A stretch of 64,000 nt of DNA from Geothrix sp. (GTDB lineage Bacteria > Acidobacteriota > Holophagae > Holophagales > Holophagaceae): assembly GCF_020622065.1 (NCBI RefSeq), contig NZ_JAHRYQ010000002.1, forward strand, positions 234,232-298,231. The letters are read 5' to 3'. A program made the translations under genes and the position numbers. This document shows, in pieces, positions 26,610 through 36,644 of this stretch (positions within the stretch are counted from its first letter, which is position 1; every line of letters begins with the position of its first letter). The notes beneath the pieces are model-generated. The model had not been told where the DNA came from. It did not search any database and saw only the letters and a list, made by a program, of their open reading frames with translations.

Positions 26610-27317
26610 TCAGGCCGCTCCGGCGAGGCCTTCGATCCAGGCCAGGACATCGGCCCGCATCTCCGGGCTCAGCCGGTGATCCACCGGGTAGAGGCGAGTG
26701 ATGTGGGGGATGCCCAGATCCTCCAGCCATTGATCGGCCCGCTGCGCCCAGGCCACCGGCAGGGTCCGGTCCCGCTCGCCGTGGCCGATGAAGCCCCGCA
26801 GGTGTCCCAGCCACTCCCGGCCGGCGATGCGGGGTTCGAGCTCCGGCAGGATCCGGCCGGAGAGGATGGCGAAACCACCCAGCCGCTCCGGGGCGCTGAG
26901 GGCCACGCCGGCACTCATGATGCCGCCCTGGCTGAACCCGCCGAGGATGGTCTGGCGGGCCTCGACGCCATGGATGGACTGCATGTGATCGATGAACCGG
27001 ATGAGCGCGTGGCGGCTGGCTTCAGCCTCAGCGGCAGCGATCTTCGGACCTTCGGCCGTGAAGGTCACGCGGAACCAGCCGTACTGATCGGGTCCGAGCT
27101 GGAGCCCCCCCCGAACCAGGACCACCAGGGTTTCGGCATCCACCCCCTCCGCCAGATCGGCCAGGTCCGTCTCCCGGCCGCCCACCCCGTGCAGGAGCAC
27201 CACGAGGGCCTTGGGCCGGGCGGCTGAGGGCAACCGCAGGCGGTAGGACAGGCCGGAAACCGGGTCCAGCTGGAGGGGGCCCAGCGAAGGAACAGGGGAA
27301 GGAGTGGGGGAGGACAT
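26610..27317 (-). CDS. alpha/beta hydrolase, phospholipase/carboxylesterase family
   Basis: LVVLLHGVGG..., nucleophile elbow GFSQGG, and ...GHGERD...H late in the protein. Confidence 0.75.
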   Translation of the reverse strand: MSSPTPSPVPSLGPLQLDPVSGLSYRLRLPSAARPKALVVLLHGVGGRETDLADLAEGVDAETLVVLVRGGLQLGPDQYGWFRVTFTAEGPKIAAAEAEASRHALIRFIDHMQSIHGVEARQTILGGFSQGGIMSAGVALSAPERLGGFAILSGRILPELEPRIAGREWLGHLRGFIGHGERDRTLPVAWAQRADQWLEDLGIPHITRLYPVDHRLSPEMRADVLAWIEGLAGAA

Positions 27318-27424
27318 GGGATCTCCGTCAGGGGCCGATGTCCGAAGCCGCCGGCCTCCCGAAGGCCGTGGAGACGGCCTTCAGGAGGAATCGGTGGCGG
27401 CCCCGGATGGCCGCGGTTCAGGCC

Positions 27425-28015
27425 TTACTTCTTGGCGGAAGCGGAAACCTTGCCGGCTTCGACATTCAGGCTGATGGCGACCGTCTCGCCGACGACACCG
27501 GGGAAGGTCTTGATGCCGAACTCGCTGCGGTTGAGGCTGAGGGCGCCGTCCACGAAGCCGGCCACCACGCTGCCGGGCTGCATGCCGGGCTGGGTTCCCG
27601 CATTGGTGATGGGGAAGGTGATGCGCTTGGTGACCCCGTGCATGGTGAAGTCGCCGGTGACCTCCAGCTTGCCCTTGGCCACTTCCTTCACGGAGGTGCT
27701 CTTGAAGGTGACGGTGGGGAACTTCTCGACATCGAAGAAGTCAGGGGACTTCAAGTGCTTGTCGCGGGCCTCATTGTCCGTGGTGATGCTGGCGGACTCG
27801 ATGGTGACCTCGACGCTGGACTTGCTGATGTTCGCGGAGTCCACCTTGATGGTCCCGTTGAACTTCGTGAAGCGGCCGCTGGTCTTGGCCAGAAGGTGGC
27901 CGACCTTGAAGCTGACTTCGCTGTGGACGGGGTCGATCTTGTAGACATCCTGGGCCAGGGCGGGCAGGGCCGCGAGGGCGAGGGACGCGAGAAGGACGCG
28001 GAAGGGGTGTCGCAT
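27425..28015 (-). CDS. yceI: YceI-family periplasmic polyisoprenoid-binding protein
   Basis: Signal peptide MRHPFRVLLASLALAALPALAQ, then YKIDPVHSEVSFKVGHL...GTIKVD, typical of YceI. GGAGG lies 5 nt upstream of ATG 28015. Confidence 0.85.
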   Translation of the reverse strand: MRHPFRVLLASLALAALPALAQDVYKIDPVHSEVSFKVGHLLAKTSGRFTKFNGTIKVDSANISKSSVEVTIESASITTDNEARDKHLKSPDFFDVEKFPTVTFKSTSVKEVAKGKLEVTGDFTMHGVTKRITFPITNAGTQPGMQPGSVVAGFVDGALSLNRSEFGIKTFPGVVGETVAISLNVEAGKVSASAKK

Positions 28016-28052
28016 GTGACCTCCAAAGAATAGGTGTTTCACCATGCAATTA

Positions 28053-28080
28053 AGAATAGGCGCCATTTCCAGAGTTGCAA
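28053..28080 (-). promoter_or_regulatory. sigma70-like promoter for yceI (-35 TTGCAA, 16-bp spacer, -10 TATTCT) with upstream A/T tract
   Basis: The minus strand reads TTGCAActctggaaatggcgccTATTCT, with TTTTTCAAAAAA immediately upstream (28085-28097). Confidence 0.4.
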
Positions 28081-28236
28081 CATCTTTTTTGAAAAAATTC
28101 CTTCCCCTCAACCCGAGTGATTGAAGTGCAGTAAAACATTAAGATATGACTTCCCGAGGGCCTGCTGGGGAGCCCTCCAGACCGTGTCCCTCGGGCCGCT
28201 GCGGAGCCCGGGTTCCCCCCTCGTCAGCGAAAGGAA

Positions 28237-28758
28237 TCAGACTTTCGGAGCGTCCATTCCGAAGGCCGCCCAGCCCTCCTTGGTGGGGCCGTAGATGCTG
28301 GGCACATGCAGGCCGGCCTGGCGCATGAGGACGGTCATCTGACCCCGATGGTGGGTCTGGTGGCTGACCAGGACATAGAGCGCGAAAGCACCGGTCCAAG
28401 TCTCGCCGTAGAGGGTGAAGTTGCGGCCCAGTTCGGTGTTGCTCCAGCTGCCGATGTGATCCAGCAGGGACTCGCTCACGGCGCGGTAAGCGGCGGCGAC
28501 CTCGGCCATGGTGGGCGGGGGGGGCGTGGCGATGAATCCGTCGGGCCCCAGGCCCACAGGCCCCTTCACCTTCAGGCCCAGGTTCTGGGGCAGTTCCAGG
28601 ACGGTTTCCACCAGGTGCCAGGCCATGCGCCGCAGGTCGCGATGCTGGTCGTCCACGGCCTGATGGGCCGCCGCATCGGGAATGGCCGCGAAGACCGCCA
28701 GGGTCTTCTCCGCCTCCTGCTGCCAGATGGTCTTGAAGTCATCCACGCGACGGAACAT
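28237..28758 (-). CDS. DinB-family (DinB/YfiT-like) metal-dependent protein
   Basis: MFRRVDDFKTIWQQEAEKT...HLVE...LVSHQTHHRGQMTVLMRQAG carries the DinB family signature. Start refined to ATG 28758. Confidence 0.8.
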   Translation of the reverse strand: MFRRVDDFKTIWQQEAEKTLAVFAAIPDAAAHQAVDDQHRDLRRMAWHLVETVLELPQNLGLKVKGPVGLGPDGFIATPPPPTMAEVAAAYRAVSESLLDHIGSWSNTELGRNFTLYGETWTGAFALYVLVSHQTHHRGQMTVLMRQAGLHVPSIYGPTKEGWAAFGMDAPKV

Positions 28759-28816
28759 GCCAGCCTCCGGAAAGGTCCCCGGAAGCATAGCGCAATGGGG
28801 CCCGGGAGGAGGAAGG

Positions 28817-30340
28817 TCAGACGGGCGTGACGCTGCGGCGTTTGGTGGGCCAGGCTTCCCGGCGGCGGGCCCGGGCGAGTCGGGTGACGAGTTCGGTGCG
28901 GAGATCGGCAGGATCCACGATGGCGTCCACATGCAGGTCCGCACCCAGCTTCTTCAGGTTGATGTCCTCGTTGTATTCGTCCCGGAGCTGCTGGACATAG
29001 GCGACCCGCTCTTCTTCCGGCTTCTCCGCGATCTTGTTGGCGAAGACGGCGTTCACGGCGGCCTCGGCGCCCATGACGGCGATGCTGGCCGTGGGCAGCG
29101 CCAGCGTGGCATCCGGATCGAAGCCCGGCCCGCTCATGGCGTAGAGGCCGGCCCCATAAGCCTTGCGCACCACGACGCAGATGCGCGGCGTGCTGCAGCT
29201 GGCCATGGCGCTGATCATCTTGGCGCCGTGGCGGATGATGCCCTGCTTCTCCACGGCACTGCCGATCATGAAGCCCGGCACATCGCTGAGGAACACGAGG
29301 GGAATGCCGAAGGCGTCGCAGAGGGTCATGAAGCGGGTGGCCTTGTCGGCGCTGTCCACGAACAGCACGCCGCCCTTCACCCGGGGCTGGTTGGCCAGGA
29401 TGCCCACGGGCTTGCCATCCAACCGGGCCAGGCCGGTGATGATCTCTCCTGCGAAGAGCTTCTTCACCTCCAGGAAGCTGCCCTCATCCACCAGGCCCTC
29501 GATGAAGTCCTTCATTTGGAAGGGGGAGTTGATGTCCTTGGGGACGAGCGCACCCAGAGCCTTCGCTTTGGGCGAGACCGCCTTCGGCGGGGCCGCGGGC
29601 AGGGCATCTTCGCAGTGCTGGGGAAAGTAGGACAGGTACTGTCGGCAGAGCTCGATGGCCTCCACCTCGGTCTTGCAGAGAAAGTCGCCGCAGCCGCTCA
29701 CGGAGCAGTGCATCTTCGCGCCGCCGAGATCCTCGAGCGAGATTTTCTCGCCGATCACCATCTCCGCCATGCGGGGCGACCCCAGGTACATGCTGGCGTT
29801 GCCCTCCACCATCATCACCACATCGCAGAAGGCCGGAATGTAGGCGCCGCCCGCGGCCGACGGGCCGAAGAGCAGGCAGATCTGCGGCACCAGGCCCGAC
29901 AGCGCCACCTCCATGTGGAAGATGGTCCCGGCGTGGCGGCGGCCGGGGAACATGTCGAGCTGGTCGGTGATGCGGGCCCCGGCCGAGTCCACCAGGTAGA
30001 GCATGGGGACCTTCATCCGCATGGCCACTTCCTGGATGCGGATGATCTTCTCCACCGTGCGGGCGCCCCAACTCCCGGCCTTGATGGTGCTGTCGTTGGC
30101 CATCAGGGCCACCGGGCGGCCACCCACCAGGGCCGTGCCCGTGATGACGCCATCCGCGGGAAGTTCCTTGTGCAGGGCATTGGCGAAGAGGCCGTCCTCG
30201 ACGAAGCTCCCCTCGTCCACCAGCCGTCGGATGCGCTCCCGGGCGAAGAGCTTGCCTGCTTCGGCGTTCTTCTCGTGAGCCTTGGGCGAGCCGCCTTTCT
30301 TGACGCGATCAACTTCCGAATGAAAGTGCTCCAGCTGCAT
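28817..30340 (-). CDS. acyl-CoA carboxylase carboxyltransferase (beta) subunit
   Basis: GKLFARERIRRLVDEGSFVE..., MANDSTIKAGSWG, VPMLYLVDSAGARI and GPSAAGGAYIP are carboxyl-transferase family motifs. Start is ATG 30340 or 30367. Confidence 0.85.
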   Translation of the reverse strand: MQLEHFHSEVDRVKKGGSPKAHEKNAEAGKLFARERIRRLVDEGSFVEDGLFANALHKELPADGVITGTALVGGRPVALMANDSTIKAGSWGARTVEKIIRIQEVAMRMKVPMLYLVDSAGARITDQLDMFPGRRHAGTIFHMEVALSGLVPQICLLFGPSAAGGAYIPAFCDVVMMVEGNASMYLGSPRMAEMVIGEKISLEDLGGAKMHCSVSGCGDFLCKTEVEAIELCRQYLSYFPQHCEDALPAAPPKAVSPKAKALGALVPKDINSPFQMKDFIEGLVDEGSFLEVKKLFAGEIITGLARLDGKPVGILANQPRVKGGVLFVDSADKATRFMTLCDAFGIPLVFLSDVPGFMIGSAVEKQGIIRHGAKMISAMASCSTPRICVVVRKAYGAGLYAMSGPGFDPDATLALPTASIAVMGAEAAVNAVFANKIAEKPEEERVAYVQQLRDEYNEDINLKKLGADLHVDAIVDPADLRTELVTRLARARRREAWPTKRRSVTPV

Positions 30341-30383
30341 GGGGACCTCGGATGGATCCTTCAGCATATGCGATCCTGGATGG

Positions 30384-31583
30384 ATGCTGGACGGGGATGG
30401 ATCGAAGCGGCCCGGGTTCCTGACGGTGCCCTTTCTCATCGTCTGTTCGTTCTACTTCCTGGTCTTCGCGGCCGGCTACCAACTCTTCCCCGTGGTGCCG
30501 TTGCGCTTGCGGGACCTGGGCGCGAGCCTGGCGGAAAGCGGGCGATTCCAGACGGCCTTCATGCTGGGCTCGGGCTTCGGCGCGCTGTTCACGGGGCCCC
30601 TGGGCGACCGCCTGGGGCCCCGCCGCGTGCTCCGGGTGGCTTCCCTCGCGGTGGTCGGCATCCTGGTGGTCTACGCGCTGCTGAGGGTGCGTTGGGTGTT
30701 CTACCTGTTGGCGCCGGTGCACGGCCTGTTGTGGTCGGCCTTGCGCACCGCCTCCATCTCCAAGGTGGGGGGCATCCTCCCCCTGGAGCATCGGGCGCAG
30801 GGGCTTTCGATCTTCGGCCTCACGGGGCCAGGCGGCGTGGCGGTGGGCCCCCTCGTGGGCCTCTGGCTGATGCCCCACCTGGGGTTCACCTGGATGATGG
30901 TTCTGCTCGCAGGCGTCTTCGCGCTGCTGCATTCGCTGATCGGTGTCCTGCCCCGCGAGACCCCCCGGGAAATCGCCGGAACGGTGTTCCAGTGGCCGGA
31001 TCGGTCGGTGTGGGGGCCCGTGGCCGTCATGGGTCTGGTGGGCCTCAGCTTCGGCCCGATGACGCCCTACAGCGCCCAGGAGGCCAAGGCCCTGGGCCTG
31101 GCCTGGCCTTCCGCCTTCCTGACCTGCTTCGCCCTGGGGATGATGGCCATGCGCGGCCTGCTCGCCCTCACCGGCATGGGACGGCGACCCGTGGCCCTGA
31201 TGCCGGGCATGGCCGCCCTGACGGCCGTGGGCTACGGGATGCTGGCCTTCCTGCCGGGGGGGCTCGTCCGCCATCTTTCCGCGGGCCTCGTCTACGGCGC
31301 CGGCTACGGGATGGTCCACACCCTGATGCTGACCCACCTGCTGGAGACCACGGCGCCCCAGCGGCGCGGATCGGCCGCAGGGGCCTTCTTCTTCGCCTTC
31401 GACGCCGCCACCGCCTTGGGTGCGCTCGGCCTGGGCTGGGTCATGCAGCACGGGGGGTTCCGCTGGGGCTGGGCCATCGGGGCCGGCCTGATGACCCTGG
31501 CCATTCCCGTGGCCCAACGCGTCGTGGGGAAGCGGCCGGCCGTGACACCCGAGGCGGAGCTCCCTGCCATTCTGGGATCATGA
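30384..31583 (+). CDS. MFS transporter (paralog 1)
   Basis: 12-TM-like profile with FTGPLGDRLGPRR (MFS loop 2-3 motif). The start is uncertain (30339 or 30384). Confidence 0.75.
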   Translation: MLDGDGSKRPGFLTVPFLIVCSFYFLVFAAGYQLFPVVPLRLRDLGASLAESGRFQTAFMLGSGFGALFTGPLGDRLGPRRVLRVASLAVVGILVVYALLRVRWVFYLLAPVHGLLWSALRTASISKVGGILPLEHRAQGLSIFGLTGPGGVAVGPLVGLWLMPHLGFTWMMVLLAGVFALLHSLIGVLPRETPREIAGTVFQWPDRSVWGPVAVMGLVGLSFGPMTPYSAQEAKALGLAWPSAFLTCFALGMMAMRGLLALTGMGRRPVALMPGMAALTAVGYGMLAFLPGGLVRHLSAGLVYGAGYGMVHTLMLTHLLETTAPQRRGSAAGAFFFAFDAATALGALGLGWVMQHGGFRWGWAIGAGLMTLAIPVAQRVVGKRPAVTPEAELPAILGS

Positions 31584-32725
31584 AGGCTCTTTCCAATCCC
31601 CGCCCCAGCCTCGTCACCCGGCAATTCGCCCTGGTGTGGGCGCTGACCTTCGTCACCTTCTTCGCCGCGTTCCAGCTCTTCCCCACGGTGCCCCTGCGCC
31701 TGAGGGATCTCGGGGCGAGCCTGGCGGAAAGCGGCCGCTTCATGAGCCTCTTCACCCTGGGCAGCGCCCTGGGCGCGTTGTTCACGGGCCCGCTCGGGGA
31801 TCGGGTGGGGCACCGCCGACTGGTGATCAGCTCGGCGATGCTCTACGCGGCCTTCCTCGCGGCCTACGCTGTGATGCCCACCCGCTGGGGCTTCTACCTG
31901 CTCGCCTTCCCCCACGGCATCGTGTGGTCCGGCCTGCTGACAGCCACCATGGCCTCTCTGGCCCATGTGCTGCCCGCCGACCGCCATGCGGATGGCCTCA
32001 GTCTCTATGGCTTGGCCAGTCCCGGCGGCGTCATCGTCGGTCCTCTGCTGGGCCTGTGGATTCAGCAGCGCTGGGGCTTTGCGCCCATCGGGTGGTATCT
32101 GGCGGTCCTCTTCCTCCTGCTGGGGGCCCTGGGCACCACCCTCCCGAAGGATCATCCGCACGGCCGCGCCGAGGGCTTCAAGTGGCCCGATGCCTCCGTG
32201 CTGATCCCCAGCCTCGTCCTCTTCTGCGTGGCCCTGGGTTATGGCGCGCTGGGCACTTACACGGCCCAGGAGGCCCTGGCCCTGGGGATGCCCGTGCCCT
32301 CGGCCTTCCTCTCCTTCATGGCCGTGGGCATGGTGCTCATGCGCCTGGCCATGCTCCGGCGCGGATTCGGGAAGCGGCCCATCCGCAAGCTGCCGGCCAT
32401 GCTGCTGGGGGCCTTCGCGGGGATGGCCCTCCTGGCGGCCCTGCCCGGCGGCACGGTACGCCATGTGCTGTCGGCCCTGCTCTACGGCGCGGGCTACAGC
32501 ATGATGCACACCCTCATCAACGCGAAGCTGATGGCCTCCGCCGATCCGAAGCGCCGGGGCTCGGCCTTCGGCGTTCTCCTCTTCGCCTTCGACGCCGGCA
32601 TCGGCCTCGGCAGCTTCAGCCTCGGGTGGGCCATCGGCGCCTACGGCTACCGCGCCGGCTGGGCCCTGGGCGCCCTCGCCATCCTCGTCTCGCTGCCCCT
32701 GGCCCTGAAGCTGAGCCGGGACTGA
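31580..32725 (+). CDS. MFS transporter (paralog 2)
   Basis: ATG 31580 overlaps the paralog 1 TGA (ATGA). It shares QLFP.VPLRLRDLGASLAESGRF and FTGPLGDR.G.RR with paralog 1. It is the only credible part of track ORF 28682-32725. Confidence 0.75.
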   Translation: MKALSNPRPSLVTRQFALVWALTFVTFFAAFQLFPTVPLRLRDLGASLAESGRFMSLFTLGSALGALFTGPLGDRVGHRRLVISSAMLYAAFLAAYAVMPTRWGFYLLAFPHGIVWSGLLTATMASLAHVLPADRHADGLSLYGLASPGGVIVGPLLGLWIQQRWGFAPIGWYLAVLFLLLGALGTTLPKDHPHGRAEGFKWPDASVLIPSLVLFCVALGYGALGTYTAQEALALGMPVPSAFLSFMAVGMVLMRLAMLRRGFGKRPIRKLPAMLLGAFAGMALLAALPGGTVRHVLSALLYGAGYSMMHTLINAKLMASADPKRRGSAFGVLLFAFDAGIGLGSFSLGWAIGAYGYRAGWALGALAILVSLPLALKLSRD

Positions 32726-33493
32726 TCAGACCCGCCGGTGGACCTTGTGGACGGAGGCCTGGTCCACGCACTTCACCAGGATCTCGTCGATGTTCACATG
32801 GTCGGGCGCCATGAGGCTCCACCGCACGCACTCGGCCACATCGAAGGCGGTGAGGGGCTTCACGCCCTGGTAGACGGCCTTGGCCTTGTCGCCGTCCTTC
32901 AGCCGGACATCGGAGAACTCGGTCACGGCCATGCCGGGATCCACGGAAGTGACGCGGATCTGTTCGCCGTTCAGCTCCAGGCGCAGGCTCTGGGCCATGG
33001 CCTTCACGCCGAACTTGGAGGCGCAGTAGACGCTGCCGCCCTCATAGGGCTGATGGCCGGCGGTGGAGCCGATGAAGAAGACATGGCCCCAGCCGGCCTT
33101 GCGGAGGTGGGGGAGGCCCGCGCGGATGGTCTTCACCACGCCCTCCACATTGGTCCGCATCATGGCTTCGAGATCCTCGTCCGGCGTCTCCCACAGCTTG
33201 TAGGTGCCGCTGGCCAGGCCCGCGTTGGCCACCACCACATGCAGGCCTCCGAGCGCCGCAGCGGCCTCCGCCACGAAAGTATCCACACTGGCCGTGTGGC
33301 AGGTGTCCACGGTGCCCGCGAAGGCCTTGATGCCGTGGGCCTTCGTCAGCTCGTCCGCCAGGGCCCGCACGCGCTCCACGCGACGGGCGCCCAGGGCCAG
33401 GTGGCAGCCCTGCGAGGCCAACAGCCGCGCCATGGCTTCGCCGAAGCCGCTGGACGCGCCGGTGATGAGGACGATGGGATGCTCGGGGCGCAT
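32726..33493 (-). CDS. short-chain dehydrogenase/reductase (SDR)
   Basis: VLITGASSGFGEA (TGxxxGxG), NAG and YCASKFG (YxxxK). Start refined to ATG 33493. Confidence 0.85.
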   Translation of the reverse strand: MRPEHPIVLITGASSGFGEAMARLLASQGCHLALGARRVERVRALADELTKAHGIKAFAGTVDTCHTASVDTFVAEAAAALGGLHVVVANAGLASGTYKLWETPDEDLEAMMRTNVEGVVKTIRAGLPHLRKAGWGHVFFIGSTAGHQPYEGGSVYCASKFGVKAMAQSLRLELNGEQIRVTSVDPGMAVTEFSDVRLKDGDKAKAVYQGVKPLTAFDVAECVRWSLMAPDHVNIDEILVKCVDQASVHKVHRRV

Positions 33494-33515
33494 GAGAACT
33501 CCTGGAGAGATGGGT

Positions 33516-34871
33516 CTAGCGGTAATTCCTGTGGAACTCGCCGAGCGCATCCACCACTTTCTGGATCTTGTCGGTGGGCGGCAGGATGGTAGTGCGGAAG
33601 TGGGCGGTGCCCTCGGCTTGTCCGAAGCCAGACCCAGGCACCACGCAGATGCCCGTCGCCTCCAGCAGGGCCATGGCGTAGTCGAAGTCCGTGCGGCCCG
33701 CCGGCAGGGTGATGCTGGGGAAGGCGTACATGGCCCCCGCGATCTCGTTGCAGGCGATGCCTTCGATGCGGTTCAACCCTTCGGCCAGCAGGATGGCCCG
33801 CTGCTTCAGGGTTTCGAGGATGGCGCCCTTCTCCGCGGTGTACCGGGCGTGGGAGGGCATGCCCGGCTTCGGCGGACGCACCATGGCATAGGTGGCGACC
33901 TGGCCCGCGAGGTTGGCACAAAGGCTCACGCTCTGGAGCTTGAGGATCTGGGCAGCCACATCCTCCGGCACATGGCGGTACTCGAAGTAGCCGCCCCGCA
34001 CACCGCACTCGCCCAGGAAACCCTTGGAGCAGGAGTGGAAGCTGAAGAGGGAGACCTCCTTCGCCTCCGCCTGGTGCAGCACCTTCGCGAAAGAGACAAA
34101 CTCATCGCCGGGCAGGTAGATGTTCTCCTGGTAGACCTCGTCCGCCAGGATCGAGAGGCCGTGGGCCTTCGCGAAGTCGATGACCATCGCGATGTTGGCC
34201 TCGTCCAGCACTGCCCCTGTGGGGTTGCCGGGGTTGATCACGCAGATGGCCTTCACGCGTGTGCCCTCCGCCTTCGCCTGGGCCAGGGAGGCCTCCAGCA
34301 TGGGGCGGCTCAGCTTCCAGCCGTTCGCCTCGTCCAGGTAGTAGGGCACCATGCGTCCTTCATAGAGGGTGATGGTGGCTGAATACAGCGGGTACTGGGG
34401 GATGGGCACCATGATGCCGTCCTGGGGTCCGCTGAGCAGCAGCCGCAGGATGGTCTGCACGCCTTTGCTGGCGCCGTCCGTGAGGAAGATGGCATCGGGA
34501 TCCACCCCGATGTGGTCGCGCTCCAGGATGAATTCGGCCACGGCCTCGCGGATGAACCGCACGCCGCGGCTTTCGCTGTAGGCGCCGAGCCCGTGCCGGG
34601 TGCCGGCGAGGATGGCCTTGGCCGTTTCGACCACATCCGTGGGGAAGGTGCCCGGAGCCAGGTCCAGGAGGGCCGGATATTCACAGAGGGCCAGGATCTG
34701 GCGGTTCCAGGTGAGGGCCTTCTGCCCCAACGACTGTGGGTTCCCGATGTTGCAGTAGATGATCTCGCGGCCCTGCTTCTCCAGCTCCCCGGCCCGGGCC
34801 ACGATGGGGCCCCGCACGGCGTATTCCGTTTCGAGGACGGCTTTCCCGAGGTCAGTCAAACGGATGGTCAT
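33516..34871 (-). CDS. class I/II pyridoxal-phosphate aminotransferase, alanine aminotransferase-like
   Basis: EYAVRGPIVARAGELEKQGREIIYCNIGNPQ..., VINPGNPTG and SFHSCSKGFLGECGVRGGY are motifs of ALT-type aminotransferases. Confidence 0.85.
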   Translation of the reverse strand: MTIRLTDLGKAVLETEYAVRGPIVARAGELEKQGREIIYCNIGNPQSLGQKALTWNRQILALCEYPALLDLAPGTFPTDVVETAKAILAGTRHGLGAYSESRGVRFIREAVAEFILERDHIGVDPDAIFLTDGASKGVQTILRLLLSGPQDGIMVPIPQYPLYSATITLYEGRMVPYYLDEANGWKLSRPMLEASLAQAKAEGTRVKAICVINPGNPTGAVLDEANIAMVIDFAKAHGLSILADEVYQENIYLPGDEFVSFAKVLHQAEAKEVSLFSFHSCSKGFLGECGVRGGYFEYRHVPEDVAAQILKLQSVSLCANLAGQVATYAMVRPPKPGMPSHARYTAEKGAILETLKQRAILLAEGLNRIEGIACNEIAGAMYAFPSITLPAGRTDFDYAMALLEATGICVVPGSGFGQAEGTAHFRTTILPPTDKIQKVVDALGEFHRNYR

Positions 34872-34949
34872 GGGCGCTCCAACCCTTGAGTTTAACCTCA
34901 GCCCGCCCTGTGACCGCCGTCATCCTACTCCGCGTCAGGGCCTCCGGCC

Positions 34950-34978
34950 TTGGGCGGGGACAGGCGGCCAGATAGACT
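34950..34978 (+). promoter_or_regulatory. putative sigma70-like promoter (-35 TTGGGC, 17 bp, -10 TAGACT) upstream of the acyl-CoA dehydrogenase gene
   Basis: Hexamers and spacing were read directly. TAGAAT/TAGACT -10-like boxes recur upstream of several genes in this window. Confidence 0.35.
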
Positions 34979-35035
34979 GGAGATTCCAGATTCACACAGT
35001 CACGCCACCTCCCCTCCTTTTCAGAAGAGGCTTTC

Positions 35036-36181
35036 ATGCTCGGTTTCTCGCTTTCCCCTGAACAGCTGGCCGAAAAAGAACGGGCCCATACCTTCGCCGA
35101 GAAGATCATGCGCCCCGTGGCCCGCAAGTACGACGAGACGGGCGAGTGGGCCGTGGATGTCTACAAGGCGGCCTGGGACCAGGGCTACCTCCAGGCCCTG
35201 GTGCCTGAGGACTGCGGCGGTCCCGGCGCCAAGCAGATCGAGGAAGCCATCGTCTGCGAGGAGCTGGCCTGGGGCTGCGCCGGCCTCTACACCTCCATCA
35301 TGGCCAACGGCCTGGCCATGACGCCCCTGCTGGTCGCGGCCTCCCCCGAACAGAAGAAGAAGTGGCTGGGCATGCTCGCGGAAGAGCCCAAGTTCGCGGC
35401 CTTCTCCCTGTCCGAGCCCAACGCCGGTTCCGATGCCGGCGGCATGAGCTGCCGCGCCGAGAAGAAGGGCGACAAGTACATCATCAACGGCACGAAGTGC
35501 TACTGCACCAACGGCGGTTACGCGGATTGGTACGCCCTCTTCGCCAGCACCGATCCCACCAAGGGTGCCCGCGGCACCAGCTGCATCGTGGTGCCCCGCG
35601 ACACGCCGGGCCTGGTGGTGGGCAAGGCCATGGACAAGATGGGCCAGCGCGCCTCCAACCAGGTGGAGCTCTACTTCAACGACGCCGAAGTGCCCGTGGA
35701 GAACCTCCTGGGCAAGGAGGGCATGGGCTTCGTCATCGCCATGAAGACCCTGGATCAGACCCGCGCAGCCGTGGCCGCCGGAGGCGTGGGCGTGGCCCGG
35801 GCCGCCTTCGAGATCGCCCTGGAGTACGCCAAGACCCGCATCCAGTTCGGCCAGCCCATCTTCGCGAACCAGGCCATCAGCTTCATGCTGGCGGACATGG
35901 CCAAGAAGATCGAGGCCAGCCGCCTGCTCACCTGGCAGGCCGCCTGGATGACCGACAACGGCATCAAGAACTCCAAGCAGAGTGCCATCGCCAAGACCTT
36001 CGCCACCGACACCGCCATGGAAGTCAGCACCGACGCCGTGCAGATCCTCGGCGGCAACGGCTACAGCCGCGACTACCTGGTCGAGAAGTGCATGCGCGAC
36101 GCCAAGCTCCTGCAGATCTATGAAGGAACGAACCAGATCCAGCGGCTGGTGATCGCCAAGGAAATCCAGCAGGGGAACTGA
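35036..36181 (+). CDS. acyl-CoA dehydrogenase
   Basis: 381 aa with FSLSEPNAGSDAGG, ...QILGGNGYSRDYLVEKCMRDAKLLQIYEGTNQIQRLVIA. Confidence 0.9.
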   Translation: MLGFSLSPEQLAEKERAHTFAEKIMRPVARKYDETGEWAVDVYKAAWDQGYLQALVPEDCGGPGAKQIEEAIVCEELAWGCAGLYTSIMANGLAMTPLLVAASPEQKKKWLGMLAEEPKFAAFSLSEPNAGSDAGGMSCRAEKKGDKYIINGTKCYCTNGGYADWYALFASTDPTKGARGTSCIVVPRDTPGLVVGKAMDKMGQRASNQVELYFNDAEVPVENLLGKEGMGFVIAMKTLDQTRAAVAAGGVGVARAAFEIALEYAKTRIQFGQPIFANQAISFMLADMAKKIEASRLLTWQAAWMTDNGIKNSKQSAIAKTFATDTAMEVSTDAVQILGGNGYSRDYLVEKCMRDAKLLQIYEGTNQIQRLVIAKEIQQGN

Positions 36182-36202
36182 TCGTCAGAGATCGCCCTAT
36201 CC

Positions 36203-36231
36203 TCAGAAGGCGGCCCCTGGCCGCCTTCTGA
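36203..36231 (+). terminator. 13-bp perfect hairpin after the acyl-CoA dehydrogenase gene
   Basis: tcagaaggcggcc-cct-ggccgccttctga. There is no U-tract. Confidence 0.45.
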
Positions 36232-36246
36232 GTTCCTGGAGCCCCC

Positions 36247-36567
<321 letters not shown>

Positions 36568-36615
36568 GCTCTACCGCTGGGGGACCGGACCCTTCCCGCG
36601 GGGGGATTTTGGGGC

Positions 36616-36644
36616 TTGAAGACCTCCCCGCCCATCCCTAGAAT
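36616..36644 (+). promoter_or_regulatory. sigma70-like promoter of the cold-shock gene (-35 TTGAAG, 17 bp, -10 TAGAAT)
   Basis: TTGAAG at 36616-36621 and TAGAAT at 36639-36644 predict a 5' UTR of about 160 nt. Confidence 0.5.

Noticed and set aside
28682-31579. 5' two-thirds of the 1347-aa plus-strand ORF 28682-32725
   Set aside because: Only the last 381 codons (31580-32725) encode a plausible MFS transporter. The upstream part is antisense to the DinB and carboxyltransferase genes and out of frame with MFS paralog 1, with an Arg/Gly/Pro/Ala-rich nonsense composition.
36182-36246. Possible guanidine (ykkC / mini-ykkC / guanidine-III) riboswitch upstream of the sugE-like gene
   Set aside because: The 65-nt gap is almost fully occupied by a single 13-bp terminator-like hairpin. 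I saw no tandem ACGR-loop hairpins or other guanidine-riboswitch signatures.
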